Of a stretch of 64,000 bases of DNA, positions 54,656 to 64,000 are shown in pieces. Origin of the DNA: Eledone cirrhosa (Eukaryota); contig OZ024741.1 of assembly GCA_964016885.1 (NCBI GenBank), forward strand, positions 196,602,001-196,666,000, read 5' to 3'. The position numbers and the translations under genes are program-made. Positions within the stretch are counted from its first letter, which is position 1, and each line of letters begins with the position of its first letter. The notes under the pieces were generated by a model that searched no databases, was not told the origin of the DNA, and saw only the letters and a program-made list of their open reading frames with translations.

Positions 54656-54793
54656 TACATATGTATGTATGTGTATATATATACACACACACACATATAT
54701 AACCATTTTTTCTTTGTTAGAAAGTATTGTTACATTATCTTAGATAATACTTATTTTTTAGCATTACTATAATTTCTCTGTTGTGTTTTTCAG

Positions 54794-57700
54794 CAACACA
54801 TTCTTGAAGAGGAATCAAGGCATATTGAAGCAGATGACCAGTGTTTTACTTCTGACAAAGGAGAAAATATGGAAAGTCAGGAAGACAGTGATTATGAAGA
54901 AAAGAAGGATATCTTTAAGAAAGTTCAACATGACTCTAAAGAAAGGTTTTCAGAAGATAATAAGGAAAGAGAAGTCTTGTCAAAGGATTTGATGAAAGAT
55001 ATAAAGACAGACTCTAAAAGGTCAACTGAAATTTTTAATGAAGAAATTCAAAGTGAAAAATCTGAAAATAGAAGCAATAAAAATGCTGAGGTGTCTCCAA
55101 ATTCTGAAGATGAACAAAATGGGACAAAAGCAACAGTTTTAGAGGAAAATTCTGTAAAAGACAAGATCCTTGATCAAACAAAGCCAACTGTCCAAAGGTC
55201 AAAAATTAAAATTAAACTTACTGGTAAAACAGGAATAAAACCTATTCAATCTCCTGTTTTATCACCTTGGATACCTGCTAGTAAAATGTCTGGTCTAAAT
55301 AAAGGTCCACCTGCTAAAACAGATTCTGATAAGAAAGTATGTCTAACGAAGGAAATTGAAAACCAATTATCTCTTGATGATTTCCTGACCTGTTCAAACA
55401 ACAATGGTAGTGTCCCAGTTGTTTCAGATATAGAAACTGGTATAGAACAAATTGATTTTAAAATAACTAATGTGGACACTTCTAGACAATCAAGTGATAT
55501 TTCAAGTCCACAAGAATATGTTGGTAACATTGAAAGTATAGAAACTTCTCAGAAACTCTTGCCTGAATCCCACATCTCTACAACAACAACAATTGCCCCT
55601 GTTTCCCAAATATCTGGTAGCTGCCTTCTCCCGATTAATGTTTTAACAGCACCACCCCTTCCTTCTCCTCCAGGTAATACTTGTAAAAATTCCAATGTGC
55701 TTGAGTTTACTGATAGATCTATTAAGTGTGAATTTTCTATAGTTGACCATAGATCAATTCCTGTGGATGAAACTGAAGGCATTTCTGAAAATAAAAATGT
55801 AGCAAAGGCTTTGTTGAACCAACAAGGTGATACACGTATGCCATTGTCTACTGTTCTTGATACCAAATCTGAAGAGTTTTCAACAGAAGATCTTAATAAG
55901 TTAAAACTTCCAGGTATTGATCCTACCTCTCCAGTTCCTTTGGCCGAATTAAAGCTTCCACCTCCAATTTCTTCTGCTGTTTTTCAGATTGCTGACACTA
56001 ACAATGAAAGTTCATGTCAGACTAATAAAGACAAAAACAACACTTTGCACCCTTCTGTCACTCTTGGAGTAAATCCGAGCAATGAAAATCCCTCTGATGT
56101 CCAAGAGACATCTTTGCTTGTAAACAAAGAACAATTCTCAGAAATAAGCAATGATAATGTTTCTGATTCTACCACAAACAATGCATCTATTTTATTTGAT
56201 GAATTAAATTCTAAAGTTTGTTATAGCATCTCTACTTTATCTTCTCAATTACCAGATGCTGGTAATGCTCTTTATAGGAATGTAAAATTTCCAACTTTAT
56301 CCAACAAACTCCTGTTGTCTGATAACTTTGAACTGCCAACAATAAATTCTGTTATGGAGGCAACATCATCAAATCTTTGTACAATCAACTCCGAGAAAAT
56401 GGAACCTGATTATTCTACTGTCTCTTCAAAATCAGATGCAGAGAGCAATTGTTTAGAAAACAAAGACAGGTGTAGTTTGGAAACATTGTTAGGCAATGGA
56501 GCAAGATCTGATTTGAGAACAGTTGATTCCAGTACAGTTAAGCAAAATATTTCTTTGATTCCTTTACCAGCCACTTTGAACAGTTCTTTAGCTAATATTT
56601 GGGATATTCCTCTCTCTTCTAATCTACAGTCTCACTGTCAGCCCCCACCCCACAATGAAGTAATACGGGAATCAGAACATAATTATGCTATCAGACTTAT
56701 GGAAAATTCAGATGGTGTTATGCATCCTGTGAAAAGAGTGCCATTAGAACATGATGATGGAGATAATGTTGATAGTGATGACAGCAACAATATCAATAAT
56801 AACAGCTGGAAAACACAGTCTTTTATGGCCCAATCATATATATCACATAGGCAGTCTGATGATGAGGAAGAGACAAGTGAACTGAGTATGTCATCAGAAA
56901 ATGACTCTAACAATTCCCTTCCTCAACAGTGTTCTCAATCTTCAGAGAGTAATGATACAATTTCTCCACCAGTTCTTGTAGCAGAAGGAAGGCAAAACTG
57001 TGCAAATCCAAATGAAGATTTAGGCAACAATGATTCTCCTCCACCTTTAACTGCAGAAGTACCTTGTATTTCACCCAATGTCTCACTTCCATGTTCCACA
57101 TCATCTGTGATACCTGTAACTTTGATTTACACTCCAACTTGTGACAGTAAAACTTTACTAACTACACCAAACACTTTGTCTATTGACAGTACATCAGTGG
57201 TGAATAACATGTCAATCCTTAACTTAGATTCAGTTATTAAGAATCAGGCTAACTCCATCAATCACACACCTAACACCTCTACAGCTAATGACAGGAATGT
57301 GAAAAATATAAAAAAGGTACTTCTTTTAAAAAAAACTGCGCAAAATACTTCTCGTTATTTACGTACATCCCGAAAATCCTCTCGAACAAAACAAAACGAA
57401 GTGAAACTTTTAAATGTAGATAAGGAAGAACCAGAAAAAATCATTGTAAAAGTCACATCCCGCACATCAGAAGGTGTACCTGTGATAAGCTTGACACCAG
57501 CTACATCAACAGCAAGCTATACCACATTAGATCTCTCATCATCATCAGTTGCGACTACTTCATCTTCTGGTTCAAACTTTACTGAAATCTCTGAAACTGA
57601 GTCTGCAGACAACTCGTTACTAGAGGCAGCTGCGAAGAAGGCAGAAACATTGCCAAAAATGTTCATGCCTAAAGTAGTTCTTCATGATATTAAACACACA

Positions 57701-58186
57701 ATGGGTAAAGATTTGTCTCCAATGACATCTATTCCTTCATCTATAGAGAACATTCCAATCTTTGATTCTGAAAATGATGATTCTGACTCGGACATTAAAT
57801 TTGAATCACCAAAGAAGTCATGTGATTCACAACGCCATCTTGATATTGAATCGCCTTCCAAGTCTACAGAGGCATTTGATCCATACATGTTTCTGAACAG
57901 ACCTACAAAACCTATACCGTCCTCAAGCTGTAGTACGCAATTGACAAATGAGAGCTCTACTTTATTTAGTATAGGCCCTGGTGGTACTAGTGCTACTGGC
58001 CGAGTGACTGCAGATTCACTTCCATCTATTGAACACCAATCGATGGTAAGCAGCATGTTTGATGTAACTGATTGTAAGTTTGCTTTTCCTGAGGTTTTCT
58101 TGGAGAATGGTGAGCCTGAAACACCTCTGAAAATGTCCAATGCTGATGTACTAGGCCCTGGACTTGGTTTTCTTGGAGAATGGTGA
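54794..58186 (+). CDS. ZNF318: ZNF318-like terminal coding exon (5' part is duplicated exon copy 2), low-complexity tail
   Basis: TTTTTCAG acceptor ending at 54793, in frame with the 1105-aa ORF; about the first 1.2 kb is paralogous to 47123-48330; TGA at 58184-58186. Confidence 0.8.
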   Translation, partial: QHILEEESRHIEADDQCFTSDKGENMESQEDSDYEEKKDIFKKVQHDSKERFSEDNKEREVLSKDLMKDIKTDSKRSTEIFNEEIQSEKSENRSNKNAEVSPNSEDEQNGTKATVLEENSVKDKILDQTKPTVQRSKIKIKLTGKTGIKPIQSPVLSPWIPASKMSGLNKGPPAKTDSDKKVCLTKEIENQLSLDDFLTCSNNNGSVPVVSDIETGIEQIDFKITNVDTSRQSSDISSPQEYVGNIESIETSQKLLPESHISTTTTIAPVSQISGSCLLPINVLTAPPLPSPPGNTCKNSNVLEFTDRSIKCEFSIVDHRSIPVDETEGISENKNVAKALLNQQGDTRMPLSTVLDTKSEEFSTEDLNKLKLPGIDPTSPVPLAELKLPPPISSAVFQIADTNNESSCQTNKDKNNTLHPSVTLGVNPSNENPSDVQETSLLVNKEQFSEISNDNVSDSTTNNASILFDELNSKVCYSISTLSSQLPDAGNALYRNVKFPTLSNKLLLSDNFELPTINSVMEATSSNLCTINSEKMEPDYSTVSSKSDAESNCLENKDRCSLETLLGNGARSDLRTVDSSTVKQNISLIPLPATLNSSLANIWDIPLSSNLQSHCQPPPHNEVIRESEHNYAIRLMENSDGVMHPVKRVPLEHDDGDNVDSDDSNNINNNSWKTQSFMAQSYISHRQSDDEEETSELSMSSENDSNNSLPQQCSQSSESNDTISPPVLVAEGRQNCANPNEDLGNNDSPPPLTAEVPCISPNVSLPCSTSSVIPVTLIYTPTCDSKTLLTTPNTLSIDSTSVVNNMSILNLDSVIKNQANSINHTPNTSTANDRNVKNIKKVLLLKKTAQNTSRYLRTSRKSSRTKQNEVKLLNVDKEEPEKIIVKVTSRTSEGVPVISLTPATSTASYTTLDLSSSSVATTSSSGSNFTEISETESADNSLLEAAAKKAETLPKMFMPKVVLHDIKHTMGKDLSPMTSIPSSIENIPIFDSENDDSDSDIKFESPKKSCDSQRHLDIESPSKSTEAFDPYMFLNRPTKPIPSSSCSTQLTNESSTLFSIGPGGTSATGRVTADSLPSIEHQSMVSSMFDVTDCKFAFPEVFLENGEPETPLKMSNADVLGPGLGFLGEW

Positions 58187-60134
58187 GCTTGGAACAGTTC
58201 TGAAAATGTCCAATGCTGATGTACTAGGCCCTGGACTTCCATTTGAAGCATCTAGTAAAACCAAATTGCTCTTGGTTTGGATATCTTAAATGAATTTTAT
58301 ACAGCTGGGTTGACTGAAGATTTAGGTTAATATTCTAATCATTGATTAAAGTTTTTCTCTTAACACATTTCTATAAGTCTATTATAACCTCTTGCAACAG
58401 ATGGCATATCAGATACAAATAATTTTTACATAAAGTTTCTTTTTGTTTCCCTTTTTCTTGTCTCTCTTTTAATGTTGTTAATCATCATCATCATCATTGT
58501 CATTCTAAATATTTTGTTCATTCTATCTAGCTAGGATCATCAGATTTCTTTAGGAAAATATTTTTGTTAGAAATATGTAAGCAAACTATTCTTCAGTTCT
58601 AGATTGTATTGTACTTGTGAATTATTCACATTTTTTTCTGTTTTCTGGCAGAAAATACTACTCCTTTTAACACTGATTAACTTGCTCAAGCCTACATTTC
58701 TTTTAGCAATTTCAAACCCTTGCATACAGGAAATAAGTTTTGTGATCCTTTGTTATTTGGGAATAGGGAAGACATTCCTGAAATATTTATGCTTCACTGG
58801 GATTAAGCTGTTGGCATTTGGGTTTTTTTTTTTTTTAGTTTAGTGTGTAATTAGCTGATGGATATTTTGATCATTTGGTAAGAGATTGCCAATTAATTTT
58901 GTTTACTTTACTCATTAAGTAAAAAAGTAAAAAAATATATTTATGAGTAACTTGTTAGTAAAGTTTTATAGACAAAGCCAGGAATTCATTGTAGGTTGTT
59001 ATTGTTTGAAAGGCAGGTTATATAAAAGAAAAAAGGAAATCTTACTGGGGAGGCAATGAATTCCTGATAACTATAGCCTCTTAGTTTATTGATTGGTATT
59101 AACTACAAATATAATCCCTTTGTGTGTTTTTAGGTTAACACTTAACTCATATTATTGTTTGCTAGTTATTGACGCTTCTTAGAAAGATAATATTTTTTCC
59201 TGGTTAATATTTCATGGGGGCATGATTAGAAAAAGGGAGCAATAGTATATATATTTCTCCAAATGACTCGAGTTATAATAAATAATCACTTTTTCAAGGT
59301 TGAAAGTTATTTTCTGAATATTGGGGTAATTACATGGGTAACTTTTTGAAATTATGTTTCATGAAGCTCCTTGTTAAATAATTATCCAGCACTCCTTTTG
59401 TTCTTGGGTTTCTCCTATTTGTTCTGTCACCTAATTCAACCTATTCACCACATGCAGAGGTTTTAACAGATGTCCATACAAATGCTCTCAATATACTCAT
59501 AAAAGTTCAACTTTTTTTGAGGTTGTTTTATTTGGAAGTGTATCTATTACAGTCATCAATAACTGATTATCTTAAACTCTAAAATAGGACTGGGATGCAG
59601 ATTTCAAACACCTTAACAAATTAGCAATCATTTTGTCATTGTCAAAAATTGTGGCAATATTCTATTGAAATGAAATTTTTTTTTTTTTTTCACCAAAAAC
59701 ATAATAGCCAACAAAACATGAGTTGGATTTCCCATTGAGAAAACTGGGAAGATAATTATTTGAAGAAAGAAATAAAATAAAAACTAATGATGCAACTTTC
59801 TAACTACAAAAAATTATATGTATATACACTGAAAATATAGATATTTTTTTGTCTGTACAAAACTGAGGAATTAAAAGCAATCACAAAATGAACATCTTTA
59901 ACTATTTATGTTGCTTTTTGTTTTCTATTTTTTTTAGCATTAATGTTTATTTTTTCCAATTATTACGTTTTGACTTAAAAACTTTACCCATTTTCTTATT
60001 ATCTGCAGTCTCATTTAAAAATATTAAAAAAAAATTAAAAGCAGAACAAGCAATTATTCTTTACATACTCATTGAAATATGGATTAAACCAAAGTAACTT
60101 GTGCTGTTTTGTATGAGTCTTTCATTACTGAATT

Positions 60135-60745
60135 TATAATCATTATCATCATCACCGTTTAATGTCCATTTTTCCATGCTAGCATACATTAGACAAGTTG
60201 TCCAATTGTGAGACAAGTCAGATAAGATGACCATGTTTGCCCATTCTGAACTGTTTCTGGCTTCGTTTCTATGGCTGAATGTTCTTCCTAATGCTGACCA
60301 CATTTACAGTGTGGACTGGGTGTTTTTTTATCTTGACACTAAAATGACCACTTTACAGTGTGGGCTGGGCATTTTTTGTTGTATCACCAACACAACCACT
60401 TTACAGATTGGACTGGGTTCTGTTTGTCGTTTCACCATCACAACCACTTTCCAGGGGGGACTGGGCATTTATTGTTGTGTCACCAACATGATCACTCTAC
60501 AAAGCGGACTGGGCGCCTTCTGTCATGTCACCAACACAACCACTTTACTGGGTGTCTCCTGTCATGTCACCAAACATAACCACTTTACTATGTGCGTATT
60601 TGTCATGTCACTAGCATGACCACCTTGCAGAGAGAGCTAGGTGCTCGTTTATCATGATACTAATATGAGCATCTGACATGGTAGACTAGTGGCTTTTGTT
60701 GTGTCACCAGCTCGACCACCTTATAGGGTGGACTGAGAGCTTTTA
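60135..60745 (-). repeat. RTE-tailed repeat containing about 9 diverged ~47-nt tandem units
   Basis: Recurring ACCACTTTACAG..GGACTGGG..TTTTTGT..TGTCACCAACAC; similar arrays at 43170-43400, 43925-44110 and 2060-2180. Confidence 0.85.
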
Positions 60746-61011
60746 GCCATATTACGGTGAGTGTGTTCAGCTTTCTATGCTTGTATACATGGGTTGGTCA
60801 AGAGAAGTGCATCAAATGTGGCGGTGGGGGTATGTATATGTAGGGTGGGGTACTTAACTGGCGAAGGGTGGAGTGTTAAGATGTGGGAGGTATATGGAAG
60901 GGGAAGAAGTGGTGTATACCAGAGACCACAAGATGTTTGCTTTATATATATATGCTTGTTTTATGGTTTTGTTTTATAAACTCACCAAACACCCAGTGAA
61001 TTAAAGACTCA

Positions 61012-61597
61012 TCTATATATAATATAAAAGAAAGATGTTTATTGGTTGGTTGAATCACACGAAAACTACACACACATCTAAAGAGAGAGAGAGAGGCTGT
61101 TATACAGAGAGAGATACAATTAAAGTGTTAGCTATTCAGAGAGAGAGAGAGACGTCCCACAAAAGTATCAGTTGAAGGTTTAACAATATTGCATTAGCTT
61201 TTATAAAGTCGTTTTACAGAACAAAGAAAAATTGATACTATTTGAAATTAATCTACCCTCCAGCTTTTATCCATATACTATTTACAGTCTGTACTAACGA
61301 AGCAACACTTCAGAAGCAATGTTATGCAGTATATTGCTGTGTTTCAGATGATTTCCTCTAGAGCTGAAAAAGATCATACTAACTATGGTTATTTCACAAC
61401 ATTTAAATTCCAAGGCCAATGCTACCATTTAATCAGTAGTTTACTCCCTCAGCCTAATAAGGAAGTTTTATGATTGTTTTTTTTTTTATGTCTCTCTCAC
61501 ACATACTCACATAGACATTACGGTCTCACCTCATACCAGACAACACATCCATCTTCTCTTAACTGTTCTCCCAGGCAAAGCCAGGTACCTCAGCTAG
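61012..61597 (+). mobile_element. Non-autonomous Helitron with both termini
   Basis: A|TC...CTAG|T junctions, decayed subterminal hairpin CCCAGGCAAAGCCAGG, internal RepHel relic TTFKFQGQCYHLISSLLP. Confidence 0.85.
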
Positions 61598-63071
61598 TGC
61601 AGTATAAAGAGTCAATATAATAATATTAATGCTGGCTGTTTCCTTTGAAATTTTCCTGAAGTTATTTGCTTATCAAAACAATTTTGATAAGCAAATAAAC
61701 TTTGAAGAAAGCAGCCACCACTAATGACTATTTTATACATATATTGAAATATTGGGAAAAAAATTTATTTTTCCTTGTGGCCACTTTATAGCCCACACTT
61801 TGCTGATATATTCTATGTGAGGTTTTATGGAAATGTTCCAAATATAACATGAAAATAGGGTGCTATTTCTCTTATGTGGGTTTTAGTAATAATTGTTTCT
61901 ACTTTTGGCTCAAGACCAGCATTACTGGTGCTTTATTTTACTGACCCTGTAGGGATGAAAGGCAAAGTTAATTTGAACGCAGAACACAAAGGGCCATAAC
62001 TCTATGCTGCAAAGCATGGAGTCTGATGCAACATAAAGGGCCATGACTATGCTGCAAAGCATGGTGTCTAATGCTCTACCGATACTACCAAAAAAATTAG
62101 AAGTAGTGCTTATATATATTTTGAATTAGTTTGTACTGAGCACCAGTAAACAATATTTTTTGCCAGGCAGTTGGAATATTCAGGTTATAATAGTTGCAAT
62201 TATTAACAGCTAGGTAGATGTATATTCAGCTGGTTCAATTTAGAAGGGTTGCAGAGTGAGGATTTGAGCAAAAATAAAAAAAGGACTTATTCACCAAATT
62301 TCAATCAAATTACATATAATGGTTTCTGATTTAGGCACAAGGCCAGCAATTTGGGGGAGAGAAAATCGATTAAATTGACCCCAGTATGTGACTAGTACTT
62401 CATTTTATCAACCCCATAAGAATGAAAGGCAAAGCTAACCTCAGTGGGATTTGAACTCAAACTGTAAAGGGCTGTAACTCTATGCCGCAAAGCATAGAGT
62501 CTGCCAAAACTGCGAATCCACTATAATTGTTTCTACTTTTGGCACAAGACTAGCAATTACCCCCAGTGCATTACTGGTGCTTTATTTCATCAACCCTGTG
62601 AGAATGAAAGCAAAGTTAACATTGGCAGGATTTGAACTCAGAATGTAAAGGGCCATAACTCTATGCGGCAAAGCAAGGTGTCTGACACTCTACCAATACT
62701 ATCAATCCACTGCCTTAATCAATCGTATAATGCAAGTTTAGCAGGCAAGTATTAATTAGCAGTATCGGTGGAGGGTCGGACATGCTTTCCAGCATAGTTA
62801 CGTCCCTTTACGATCTGAGTTCAAATCCGGCCGAGGTTAACTTTGCCTTTCATCCTTACGGGGGTCGATAAAATAAAGTACCAGTACGTACTGGGTAATT
62901 GCTGGCCTTGTGCCAAAAACAGAAACAATTAATTAGTGATAACATTAACATAGTGTGGTTCAAAATAAAGTGTATACAGACCTATATACAATATGTATAA
63001 TATACATACATACAGTCATGCTGTGGGCATTGTAAGCTGTGATCGTATAGCTTAGTACCCATGTAAAATCA

Positions 63072-63112
63072 CTGTACATGTATTTCAGGATTTTTCAATC
63101 CATCATCAGCAG
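63072..63112 (-). ncRNA. Minimal type I hammerhead ribozyme motif
   Basis: Minus strand CUG-CUGAUGA-U-GGAUU(GAAA)AAUCC-U-GAAA-UACAUG-UA-CAG. Confidence 0.6.
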
Positions 63113-63545
63113 ATGCTTACCTACTACGAGACACTGAGCTGGATGAAGACAATGTTTTATAGATTTTATAAATATCTCTTTCACTCATATATATATTAAT
63201 TCAAGTATCATCATCATCATCATTTTACGTCCGCTTTTCCCTGCTTGCAAGGGTGGTTAATTACCAACACTTCAGTATGCAGGGTAGAGCATTCAACGAA
63301 GTGCACAGTTGGGTCTGTTTACTCCAGAGTATATTTATAAACAAGAAGTGTAAATCAACAGGTTAAAATTAACTTTGTTTATTCATAGTTGCTGTTATAT
63401 ATATATTTCAGAGAAATCAAAAATAACATAGCGGTGGAATAAAGCTTCTGTATTTCGATTTTTTTATATGCTCGGTGCTGAAATTTGGTGTTGTTTTCTC
63501 AAGGCATATATATATATATATATATTGTATATATTGTTTATATTT

Positions 63546-63884
63546 GGAGGCACATGGCTTAGTGGTTAGAGCATTGGCCTTGCAATCGAAAGGTTGTGAG
63601 TTCAATTCTCAGACCGGGTGATGTGTTGTTTCCTTGAGCAAGACACTTTATTTCACATTGCTCCAGTTTACTCAGCTGTAGAAATGAGATGATAGGGACT
63701 AGGGTCCATATCATTCCACTGCAAAGTGGTCGTGGAGGTGCCACGGAAAAAAAGCACCCAGCACTCACTGTAAATGAGGTTGGTGTTAGGAAGGGCATCC
63801 AGCTGTAGAAATCAAGCCAGAATCAGTTCCCGTCCCACCCTTGCAAGCAGGGAAAAGTGGACGTAAAATGATGATGATGATGAT
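63546..63884 (+). mobile_element. SINE family 1, second copy
   Basis: Collinear with 14610-14954 with few substitutions. Confidence 0.9.
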
Positions 63885-64000
63885 TTACAAATATATTAGC
63901 AAAAGCACTAACATGGCATAATTCACAATAAGTGTATATGGACATATACAATACAGCTATGTATAAAAAACATACATAGATTCCTACTGTGATTATTTTA

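Noticed and set aside
54869-58186. Independent 1105-aa gene or separate paralogue
   Set aside because: An in-frame splice acceptor lies 75 nt upstream of the ATG, the phase matches the preceding exon, and no zinc-finger exons are duplicated with it.
60290-60745. CRISPR-like periodicity (also 43170-43400)
   Set aside because: Whole units are homologous with no unique spacers, no cas genes are present, and the context is eukaryotic retroposon sequence.

Overview
AT-rich, intron-containing animal DNA. The repeat content is (ATG)n-tailed RTE LINEs and abundant tRNA-derived SINEs, resembling octopus/cephalopod genomes; this origin is an inference. One host gene is visible on the + strand: six phase-compatible GT-AG coding exons (34914-58186) of a ZNF318-like matrin-type zinc-finger protein, at least 2750 codons, with its 5' exon(s) not identified. 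Its last two large exons share a duplicated 5' part with a sharp mosaic of identity. Most of the rest is transposon-derived. At 16.0-31.2 kb, seven elements are nested three levels deep: RTE > RTE > Gypsy LTR element; RTE > IR-DR Tc1 > two RTEs; plus a MITE. Elsewhere are Penelope-like elements, several hammerhead-ribozyme motifs, Helitrons, hAT and piggyBac-type elements, a CRE-like relic, and a SINE apparently assembled from two different RTE families. Coordinates were read by eye; ends of degenerate elements are approximate.
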